Shown here piece by piece: positions 50,684 to 61,346 of a DNA stretch of 64,000 bases. A model generated the notes under the pieces. It did not search any database. It was not told the origin of the DNA and was given only the letters and a program-made list of their open reading frames with translations. Each line of letters begins with the position of its first letter. The stretch's first letter is position 1. Made by a program: the position numbers and the translations under genes. Source of the DNA: Trichodelitschia bisporula (Eukaryota); NCBI GenBank assembly GCA_010356995.1, contig ML996694.1, positions 1,171,931 to 1,235,930 on the forward strand, given 5' to 3'.

Positions 50684-51330
50684 GGGGTGGGGGGGTTAAG
50701 GGTGGGCGGTGTTATGGGTTGGGTTTCGGGGTGGGTATGTTTGAGATTATGGCTGAATGTGCCACGGATGTCGGCGTTCGGGTATGGGTGTGTAATTCTA
50801 GCGGGGACCAATGCTAGCTTCTCTTTCGTTGACATGAAGCCCAGTGTCTTTATAGGACCGTGCATGGCGAGGCTGAGGACAGCAGACGAGGCTGTGTACT
50901 GAGGGACGGTGGACGACAGCCGCGCACGTGGTCTACTGTGGACGGGAGACGATGCTGAGAGCTGAGGGATGGTGGACGGTGGGCGGCAGCCGCGCTCTTG
51001 GTCTACTGGTACGTTATTTTTCTACAGCGGAGAGCCTTGCGAGAGGAAGCCAGGCTGACGGTGGGAATCTAACTTGGTCCATTGCTCTCTTCCGGCCTTT
51101 ATAGGCTCAAGCATCACCATCCGAGGACGCAGCTCGCAGACGAAGGCCAATCACCAATCACCTCGAGAACCAACGGGTGGGGATGTGATACTGTTGACAT
51201 TGCTTCGCCCCATGGCGTTGCTCACCGCCCACACTTCCTCTGAAATCCTCAGGCCATCTCGATTCAGCACATACGTCCAACTCTACATCCATCCACCCCC
51301 CCATTCCACCGACCCCCCTCCCTCCACCTT

Positions 51331-52532
51331 CTAAAACACCGCCAACGCATTCGGCGGACTCGCCACCCCCCCCTTCGTATTCAACGGCGAACTAGTAACC
51401 AAAAACGTCCACCTTCCATGCTCCTCACACATCCGACTCAGGCCTTCGAGGTCCCACATCTCCCCCATCGGCATCCCCCACCCCGTCAGCAGGTAATCAT
51501 GCATGCACCACCCGCCCTCCGGCGGCCACGCCTCGAACCCCATGTTATCCCCTGCGACCGCCGCGATTCGGGAATCCCACAGCCAGGAGAGCGTTTCCTC
51601 GTTACCCCGTACGCCGGCCCAGGTTTTTCCGTCGCGGTTGGCGGCGATGCGTTCGGTGGCGGTGTGCGTGTCGCACCACGCCACAAATCCCGTCCGCACG
51701 AGCAGAATATCGCCTGGCTGGAAGGTTATCCCGCAGTCCTTGGCGATGGCCTGGATGTCGGACAAAGTGATCCCGTGCGCGGATATCGGCGTGTAGTCGA
51801 TGCCGTGCTTTGCGGCGTGGCGCGCGTAGTCGATGAGCACGCCCCGGCCTACGATCCCGCCGCGCGTGTTCCATTCTGGTTATTATGAGTGGGAGGAGGG
51901 GAGGAGGGGGAGGAGGGACGAACTGTCGATCCCGAGACGCGTCCCAGAGGCGAGCATGTCGTCGGCGTGCAGGCCGTTGTAGAAGAACCCCGTCTTGCTG
52001 TGCGCCCAGTGGCCTGGGCCGTTAGCCTGCGAGATCCTTCACCGGATGGGAGACGCACGGAGACCGTCCCACTGGCTCCCTACTGACATTAGCACCGCAC
52101 TTCGGGGGAGGAGGGGGGGGGGGGCACGACATACCGCTCTGCGTATTCACCGTAATCTCATCGTCGAAGATATACCCCTCGCTCTTCCCCTCCTTGCGCC
52201 AATCAATGATGGTGTGTTTGAGCGGTGTGCGGCCGGCGATGGTTTCGGCGAGTTTCTCGAGGCCCCAGTTTAGGGACACGGAGCGCCCGGTTTGGATTTC
52301 GCGGCCTGCCTGGGCGACGATGGGTGGGGTGAGGAGGTTGAGGGTGCCGAGTTCGTCTTTTGTTCCGTCGGGGGAGTCGAACAGACCCCAGGCTGTGCCG
52401 TGGCTGTGGAGAGTGGTTAGGAGGGAGGGGGAAATGGGGGAAGGGGGGGAGGGGATGGAGGGGGGCGTACGGCATGCCTTTTACAGGCCGGAGGTCTTTC
52501 CAGAGGGGAAGGGTGGTGTGGTCTGTTAGCAT
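51331..52532 (-). CDS. Cyclase-family (kynurenine formamidase-like) metal hydrolase, fungal type
   Basis: AWGLF..DELGTLNLLTP, NTQSGSQWDGLRH, FFYNG, GGIVGRGVLIDY, GDILLVRTGF, AVAGDN..FE, WGMPMGEMWDLE and GGVASPPNALAVF. Exons 52532-52471, 52403-52135, 52079-52059, 52013-51924 and 51875-51331. Confidence 0.9.
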
Positions 52533-52952
52533 GATGAGGGAATAGGATGATGATGGAGGGAAATGGAGGGGGAAAGGGGCTCCCTTATATCCCCCTTCGT
52601 TCGGGAGTGCTTTTCCCTGAGACCTTGGAGGACGGGTGACCTGTTGCAAGGCTTCCACGCGCGGATGGAAGGCGCTAGGTATGTACCCCACATCATCGCG
52701 AGACTTGGCTTATGGTGTTGAGTGCGGAGGTGGGAAGATGGAAGGCGCTTATCCGGACGTCATTCCGGGGTCAGGCATGCGAGATGCCGCGTTATCCACT
52801 TCACGGGGTAGTAGAATATGAATGGAGAAGTGCGAGCAGAGGAGGATCAAGACATGCGAGATGCCCCCTTTATCCCCTGAACGGGCGTGGTGGAGCACAA
52901 GCAGAGCAAGATCAAGCGCCAACCATCAATTCGTCAAATCACTACGAACTAT

Positions 52953-54895
52953 CTACAACAAACCCCGCTCAACAAACTTAACAGGAATATCCACCGTCTT
53001 CGCACGGAGGTACTCGCAAGTCTGCTTGCCCAAGCAATCATAATCGCGGCTCGAGTCATACGTCCCCTCAAGATAATCATGCAGCAAGAAATGCACAGCC
53101 CGAATATGCGGCATCTCAAACCGATCAATCGGCTTCCCCTTATCCTCCTCCGGGCCCAGCAACTCCCGGATCTTCTCAACCGTTAGCAGACTCCGCAGCC
53201 ACTCCCACTCGTCGTCCGCGCGCGCGAAAAGGCCCACGTTACAGTCCGACGCCTTGTCGCCCGACCGGCCCAGCACGATCCGTCCGAGCGGCAGCCGCGT
53301 CGTCGGGCCGAAGCTCGCGAGGTCGACGGGCGAGCTGGTCTCGTAGCTGTTCTGGCGGCGGGGGTAAGTCTTGAACTCCGGCGCCAGGGGGACCTCGATC
53401 ACGGGCTTCGGGGCGTCCCACAGCAGATGCACCTTCTGATGGACCTCCGACTGCGGCAGCAGCGCGACGTGGTACTCGTAGTACGGCTTGCCCTCGGCCT
53501 GGCGGAAATCGTTCCCGAGCGAAGCACCCGGCGCGGACTGCAGGAAGGTGCACATGCTCTTGCGGAAGAAGCCGTTCGGGTTGCGCATGTTGAGCAGCTC
53601 GCGGTCGCGCGACTGGGCGAAGATGCGGAAGTCGACGGTAGCGACTTGTTTGTTGCGGGCGTCGATGACGGAGGTGCCGGTTTGTTGGAATTTGAGGTGC
53701 GTGAATTTCTTGAGCAGCTCCGGGCCGAGTTCGTAGCGGACTTGGTCTTCGGTCCACTTGCACTTTTCTTCGATGTCCAGACCGGCGAGGTACACGTGGT
53801 ACTCGGCCTGGAAGCCGGCGATGGCGGTGATGCCGACCTTGGTGGTGGGCGGCGGGGGGAGGCCCTTCACGCCGGATATCTTGACTTGGTCGACGCCCAG
53901 CTGCTCGAACTTGATGTTCGAGAGGTCGGCCGTGACGTCGCAGTTGTAGTACAGCGGGCCCTGGATTTCGTACAGCAGCTGCGAGGTCACAGACGCAACG
54001 CTGATTTCGCCGCCCGTGTTGCGCTCCTTCTCCATGATGGCGTGGCCCTGGTGGTCGATCGCTGCGATCGGAAAGCCGATGTTGATGTGCTTGCCCGCGG
54101 CGAGGAGGGACTTGAAGTTTGCGCTGTAGCCGCCGCAGACGTACGAGGAGCACTCGAGGAGATGGCCGATGACGAGGGAGCCGGCGAGCTCGTCGAACTG
54201 GTCGTTGCGCCATTGATGCCACCAGCTGGAGGGGGGTGTTAACTCGGGACTGAAAAGCGGGTAAGAAGGGGGGAGACTCACGCGGCAGCACCGATGATGG
54301 GCGAAGCGTCCGACACGCGGCCGCAAATGACAATGTCGGCACCCTCAGTCAGGGCGCGCGCAATCCCAAGACCACCGAGGTAGCACTGCGCGCAGACGGG
54401 ATCAAGCCCCCACTCCTGAATCGTCTTCTCATCCATCAGCGAAGCAAAGCTCTCCCCCTTCTCCAGCAGCGCCTTAACCGAGCCCGTAACCTCATCGCCC
54501 TCAATCCACGCCACCTTCAAACTATGCCCGCGCGCCTTCACCGCCTTCTGCACCAACTTCGCCAACAACTCGGTATCACTCGCGCCCGCATTAACAGCCA
54601 GCTTGATCCCGCGGCGCGCAAGGTCGTCAATCGCCGGTTCAAAGCAGTCCATGAAGTTCTCGGCGAAGCTGGCGTTCGCGACCTGCTCCTCGAAGGTCAG
54701 CGGCTTGTCGCCCAGCTCGCGCTTCTTCAGCTCCTTGCGCGAGCCGTGCACGGTCATGGTCATTTCCGACAGCCAGTCGCCGACGATGACGTCGACGTCT
54801 TCGTTGGCGGCGAGGGAGGCGATGGCGCGGACGCGGTCTGAGAAGCCGCCGCTGGCGCCGCCGACGCGGACGGGACGGCGGGGTGTTACCGCCAT
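52953..54895 (-). CDS. AtuA-like / DUF1446 (acyclic terpene utilisation family) protein
   Basis: RPVRVGGASGGFSDR, GDWLSEMTM, AVNAG, CYLGGLGI, GADIVICGRVSDAS, GHLLECSSYVCGG, QLLYEIQGPLYYNCDV and GRSGDKASDCNVG. Intron 54281-54226. Confidence 0.92.
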
Positions 54896-56589
54896 TGTGG
54901 TGTTGGGTGGGTGGGTTGGTAGTGGTTGAGGGAAAAGCTGAGATCGGACTGAAGACGGGGCCAGAGGTAAGGGGACGAGAGTGTTGAGGAGGTAAAGGAG
55001 TAAACGAACTGAGCGCGGAGAGACCTGATATATCACCTTTTTTGTGTACCACCCCTCGGGGGACCACACCCGCCATCACCCCTCCCCGCGCCGTTTACCC
55101 CACCATCGCCTCGCCGCAGCCCCACCAAAGTCGTCTGCAGGCTCGCCCCTCACGCCGCTACCAGAGGCCCAAGACACAAGGCTCACCTACCGCGCAAGCT
55201 TCATCCGCATAGTCCGCGTAGTCTCGCGAACGATTTCCGGCCAGCAACGCGTCTCCTAACACGCTACGTGAGCATCAGGGTCCCCTTACCCCACCACCAC
55301 CCCACCATAGCCTCTCCAAACTTTCAGCGCCAACCAAGCGTGGTGGCTGCCATCCCAGTCCGGACATGCATATCCGCTCTGGAGAACGGTTCGCGACGTG
55401 GTCGCGGCGGCCAATCAGCGCGAGGCGCGGGGCGGAATTTGCGGGGTGGGACCGGGGGTGAAGAGCCGGGGGGTGGATGGGGCTGGGCAAGGCTGAGGGT
55501 TCAAAGTCTCGAATGTGGGGGACATTTGGGAAAGATGGAGAGCGGGGATGGCGAATTTGAGCATGTACTCTATGATAGACGGGAGAAATGTTGTTCTACC
55601 GATCTGAGCGGACAGTACGAGTACTCTTTCCAGCCGTCGCCCGTCGTCGTCGACAGCATCCCCGGAACCGCTCATCCCGCCCATACTTCAAAACCGTTCC
55701 TATGACGCGCCCCCGCCGCCCCTATGCGGATCAATCGGCGCCTCAAGCGGCGGGTGGCTGCATATCGCGCCGGAATGCGGGGGGGAGGGGAAGGGTCAGG
55801 AGCACGTCCGGGGCTTCATGCAGCGCCTACGGTACCACAATCGGTAAGCAAACGTCCGCTAGGGTCGGGAACAGATTCCCGCGGACGATATGTTCCGATT
55901 CCGGTGAGATATACATATGGCACAGGACCCCTCGACATCCCCTGATATGCCGTGTAGCCGTCGCAAACGCAGGGCAGCTTGCTGCGCCTCCTGTAGGCTT
56001 CTGGACTTTGCAGTCTGAGGATGATGTCGGGCCTTGGGTTAACCTTCCGCACAGCCGGGCTATCCGATTTCCGGCTCGGCGCTCCGCAGAGGAATATTCG
56101 ACATGGACTCCTGCAACCACACGGCAACCCGGCACACGTCGCTCCCCGCGACGAGCCACACCTACATGAGATGCGTGATGACGACGTGCTCCTGACATCC
56201 AGGTCAGGGGAAGACAGGCTGTGCGCGGTCCTGGGGTAAGGTCCTGTGAGAGTTCTGCGAGGAATAGAGCTTCCGGGAGGGTTAGTCCTGCTGTTAGCCC
56301 ATGAATAGTCTTTGGCGGCGACGCACACCTTGGATTCGTGTTGCTCGAGGCTGGAAAGGCCGGAAGATAGCTTTGAACCCGGTGGGATTGACGGCATTAG
56401 CCTGGCTGGGCGGCTCGCAAGACGCTCCGCTGGGGGAAATTCGCATACCGGAAGGCTTATATTGCCAGGCTTACTTCCCCTCTCAGCCTCATCGTGCACG
56501 GCCCTAGTTCTAGAAAGCAGAGACCATCAGATCACAGCGCCTCATATCAGTAACAAATGTAGCTGGCATTGATCCGATTTCCTGGGACA

Positions 56590-56766
56590 TGTTAACGGGA
56601 GTGAGGCTCTTCACTGGCAACAGGTGGCTGTAAAAGTTGAAGATTGGAGTAGAATAAAGACTACGAAATGAACAGAGTCAAGAGGTTCACCAGATAGCAG
56701 GAGGCTCACCAAAATAGATACACAGTGTCCCCAGATACCCCTTACCTCAGCTATGAGCATATTACA
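56590..56766 (-). mobile_element. Solo-LTR-like dispersed repeat, copy D (both termini visible)
   Basis: Reverse complement reads TGTAATATGCTCATAGCTGAGGTAAGGGGTAT..CTCTTGACTCT..CCCGTTAACA, with TGT...ACA ends. No TSD seen. Confidence 0.65.
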
Positions 56767-56779
56767 CCATGTCCCTTCC

Positions 56780-56941
56780 CCAGGTAGATAGATACTTGGG
56801 AGGTCATCGCATGTATTATCACAGCTCTACCGCTCCCTCTCACTTCACTTCTCTTCTCTTCGTCTTTTAAATCAACTTTAACTTTGTAATCGTTGCTCTA
56901 TACGTGCTTATGCTGTGCTTCATTAAACAGTCACTTTAACG
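56780..56941 (+). mobile_element. Solo-LTR-like dispersed repeat, 5'-eroded copy E
   Basis: CTTCTCTTCGTCTTTTAAATCAACT matches CTTCTCTTCGTCTTTTATCAACT in copy C. TACGTGCT is shared with copy A. Confidence 0.5.
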
Positions 56942-57170
56942 GCCAATTCGAACAAAGACCAGTTAAACGACCACAGCAACGACACCATAGTTGTCAAGTA
57001 CGAGAGAGGCATAGAGATGTAACCATTCACATCATCTATCATAAGCCGTGACATCATAAGAAGGAGACCCATGACAAAGGAGAAAAAAAAAGACACACCG
57101 AAACACCTCGCCATCCCACGCGCCATGCCCATGAACACCACAAACACAAATGCAACAACCACCCCACACC

Positions 57171-59749
57171 CTAAATCCACCCCTTTCCCCCCCCCTCTCC
57201 CCCCAAACTAAGCCCCAGTTCCAACTTCGGCGCCTCGCCCAACCCCCCCTTCACCGGACTCCCCCCCCTCTTCGTCGGACTCACCCTCACAGGACTCATC
57301 CCCTCCTTAAACACCCCCTTCCTCACCCCAGCAACATCCCATCCATCCCTAACCCCGGCAGCGACCCACGTCCTCAACCCATCATGCACAGCACTGTAAA
57401 ACTTCTCCTTGCACGTCCGCAGCTGCCCACCCATGACCTTCTCCCACCCACTCGCGCGCAGCTCCGCTCTCAGCGCGTTGCGCTCCGTGCGGGTGGGGAG
57501 GGAGGCGATGAGCCCGTTGAGCAGGTCGAGATGCGCGGCCATGTAGTTAGTGGCGTCCCATTCTACGCCGCCGATATACGGGGCCGCGGGAACAGGGGGC
57601 CGCGGCTGCGGGAAAAAGGTGCGGGCATACGTAGCCGCATCTATGTCCTCGGCCAAAGCCTCGGTGGTGCTGCCGGAGGTGAGGGGACGCGCGCCCTCCG
57701 GAAGGGGCACGACGTTGACGGCGTGTAGGAAGATCCAGAAGACCTCCTTGGTGACGTTCGTGACCTCGCGGGCCCAGACCTTGTACGGGCGGCGCTGGCG
57801 CATTTCGAGGATGAAGGGGACTGGGGTTTTATCTTCTGGCGGGGAGGGGTCGGCGAGGTAGGACAGGATGGTGTGAGCCCTCGCGGGCAGGGTGCCTGGG
57901 TCGGCGGAGGGGACGGCGGCGGTGAGGTGTGCGAGGAGGATGGTTATGATGAGGCCGCGGGTTGTGAATTCGCTGGGCCCCTTGTGCTCGGGGTCAAAGA
58001 GCATGGCGAGGAGGGCGGGGAAAAGGGTGCTTTCCATGGTTTGGAGGTGGGTGAGGCCGATGGAGGTTGTGCAGAGGCCCTTGAGGCAGAGGAGGGTTTC
58101 GTGGAGGAGGTGGTCTTCGTGGTCCTCGCTGGTGCTCAAGTTAGCAGATGCAAGAATGGTTGGGGGAGGGGGATACACATACCGCCACTCAACCTCCATA
58201 ATCCGATGCAACAACCCGACGATCTCACGCATGCCGCCCATCTGGATAAACGTCTCTACCCAGCTCACCGTCTCGTTCCGAATCAGCAGCCGCAGCTTAT
58301 GCAACCGGCCCACCTCCACCTTCTCCGGCTTCTGCTCCCCGCGAAGGTATGCCACATACTCCTCGGGCAGCGCGCGCGGCTGTCCCGCAGGCTGGCTCAG
58401 CGACTGCGTAGACGGACTCTTCGGCAGGAGCGTCTCGACACGGCTGTTCCGCTTCGAATCCGCCGCCCCATCGGCCTTCTGCTTCTTACTCCGCCCGTTC
58501 TCGCTCTTGCTAAACGTAAACGCGCGACTGCGCGGCCTGGCCCTTTTCGTGCTCTTCTTGTCCTCGGAGCCGGCGGTGCTAGCATCGCTCGCCGTGCTCC
58601 CGTTACTCGCGACGCGCTGGGTAACACTAGCGGGGGCCTTTGCAGAGAGAGTTTCGTCTTTGTGGCTGCGGATGAAGTCCATCTTGATGCTCGTTCTGAG
58701 CGAGCGCATGTTCGGCCGCATGTTCTCGGGGATGTTGCGCGAGTCCTGTTTGGTTAGCAAGGTCTGTGGAAAGGGAGCGAGGGACATACCAAGACCGCCT
58801 CAAACGCCTCGTCAATAGTCTTGCCGTCCATCACCGCAGCAGCAGGCTCCGCCTCCCGCGCCTTACTATTGAACATGCTCACGGCCGCCATAACCCTGCT
58901 CCCGCGCTTCGGCACCGCAATAGGCCCGCGCGGCGTGGACACTTTCTTCCCCTCCTTCTCCTCCTTTTTCATTTCCTTCTCCCCTCCACTCTCCCTCCGC
59001 CCGCCACTAACCTTCCTCTGAATAGCTTCAAGTAGTCCACCGGCGGACTGCGCGCTGATCGCCTCGGATTTCGGCCTAGGACCGCCGTTCCCGCCCCGCC
59101 GGGTCAGGGTAGGTGCCTGCGTGCCGTGGAAGTTGCGCTGCTTGGAGGGGTCGTAGTCCGTCGGCTCGTAGAGGGCGATTTCTTCGTCTACGGTGCGGGT
59201 GCGCTGGGGAGGAGGGGGGCCGAAGGGATCTTCCAGCCCGGCTACGGAAGCATTGAGGGGAGAGAGCGATTGGGAGGCGAATTGCGCCCAGATGGGGGTG
59301 CGGGCTGCGTCCGGCTCGGGGGAGTGCACGGGTGTGTTTTCCTTGTCCACCGGCGGGAGCTGAGCCTTTCCCTTCTTCTTATCCTTATCGTCTTTCTTGT
59401 CCTTGCCCAAGCTGCGCAGGCTTACCGCGCTCTTAGTCCGCTTATGCAGCCCACGGCCCTTGCGCTTCGGCTCGCCGACGTTGTGGCTGACCTCGTTCAG
59501 GACGTTCCCAGCGGCGGCTGCTGCGGCGTGGGGATGGTTTGGCGGGAGGAAGGGCTGGTTGAAGGGGGCGTAGGGGGTGGTGTTTTCCTTCTTGCTGGGG
59601 GAGGGGGGGGCAGGAGGGGTGTCGTCGGCGGGGGAGGGGCGGAGTTTGGAGGGGAGCATGGATTTGAGCATGCTGGTTGAGGATTTGGTGCGTCGGTGGC
59701 CGGGCGGGTTGGCGGGGTTGGCGCGGGGAGTGAAGTTGGAGAAGGCCAT
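57171..59749 (-). CDS. Protein with a formin-type GTPase-binding/armadillo-like domain, no FH1/FH2
   Basis: IDEAFEAVLDSRNIPENMRPNMRSL..IKMDFI, PEEYVAYL and LHKLRLLIRNETVSWVETFIQMGG..LLCLKGLCTTSIGL resemble the Drf GBD. Long disordered N-terminus. Introns 58788-58746 and 58182-58129. Confidence 0.8.
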
Positions 59750-61346
59750 GATGGTGTGAGTAGTGTTGGTGAGTCGGGATTGTTGGTAGCTGGGGTTGCT
59801 GGGTGACTCGGGAGTGTTGTTGGTGACTCGGGAGCGGGTTGGTGAAGCAGAGCGTGTATGAGGAGCGTGTCAGCGGAAGCAACACAGATGCAAAAGCGTC
59901 GACGTGCGAAGGAATATCAAAGAGCAGCAGTGTCAAACGGCCATGCAACTGCCCGCAGAAAGCAATGAAAACAGAGGATGAATTGGGGGCGCGAGACGTG
60001 AGAAGGTTGAGGTGAGGGTTAAAGTGGAGAGACTCGGGTTGTCAAGAGCAGGGCGGGCCGTGGAGATGATGTATGATATGAAGGCCGTCACTTTAACTCG
60101 CGGGCTGGTTCCCTCATTGGTGCAAGTGCGCGTTGTGTGTTTGTCGCTGGGTGCGGCATTGGCGACCCCTGTCCGTTGGCACGGCAACCGGGAGGGGCCG
60201 AGCTTCCCTCTTCGGCTGGTGAGTGGCGCGGAGGAGACGGCATCATCGCTGGAGGAACATCAACCGAGAGTTTCGCGATCATGCAGACAACTCTGCAGGT
60301 CGTATTATTCCGCTCGAGTTGCTCGCTCTGGCTCTCTCCGGCTGTAAGTGTGCACCTCGCCCTCTTCAACCATAACAATGGCGAAGCAGTGAGGGCGCGG
60401 CTACACTGCCAGTTAGCAACCCACCAGCCCAGCCCGGACCAGACAGTGCACTCACTGCTCGGACCAGTCGAGTCAATAGAACACTCCCGAGCTGATCCGC
60501 CGCCTCCATCGGTCACATCCCATCCCTCTGATTCCCAAGGAGCCAGACTCTACTCCCTTCCACCGTGCAGCAACCAGCAACGCGCTCCGCCTCATCAAAT
60601 CTAACCTGCAGCATCGCGGCTGGCCCTGACGCGTCTACCGGCACGCGTCTGAGGCAGACCGCGCTGCTGAGGTGCATGAGCCGGTCGCCGAGGGCATAAC
60701 AACGCGCGGATGGTTGGTTGGACGGACGGCCCGGACGACAGCTGCAGCTTGCGTGTGTGGAGTCATGGATGCGGGCTAATGTCGCATGCAGGAGGCGGTC
60801 AGTGCGTGGAGTCAATACAATGTAGATGGACGATGGTTGTCCAGTGCTTTGATTCGAGCCGCGGGGCCAGTGATGCGGTGATGCAGTGATGCATGATGCT
60901 CGGAGCATAAAGTCAAAAGGGTCGTCCCACAACATGATGGGCTGTCGACGGTCCTGGTTGAGCCCACGAGCGCTGATCTGTTCTTTTGCGCAACTACATC
61001 ATGAGCTTATAGCTTAGTACATCCGTAGAGTTTTCAGTATCCCGGGCGAGGTACTCGAGTGGTAATGAACACAGTGTTCCGTCCCATCTCATCTCCGGCA
61101 CACTGTGTCACTCGGTTGTTGACAACCGGCCATCATCATGCCAAGCATCACCGCCATATATCGCCGGATTAACGTTCTGCCGGCCTCTCCCAAGAGCTGA
61201 GAGCATACGAAAGAGGGAGCATCGGGGACATTCGGCTACCAGGAATCCATTGCTATTGCCTTCTGGACCGAACATATCTAAGCGCCGATCCGGCCGCGAA
61301 CACTTCCATTCATATCCAAGCCATTCATAACTGCAGGAAAGTCAAC

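Noticed and set aside
53239..54342. 367-aa alternative-frame ORF and 271-aa antisense ORF inside the AtuA-like gene
   Set aside because: By-products of strong GC3 codon bias.
56584..56775. 8-bp inverted repeat GGGACATG/CATGTCCC flanking LTR-like copy D as MITE TIRs
   Set aside because: Too short, asymmetric about the element and not present at the other copies.
57873..58818. Two antisense ORFs of about 300 aa over the GBD gene
   Set aside because: Shadow frames with no independent coding evidence.
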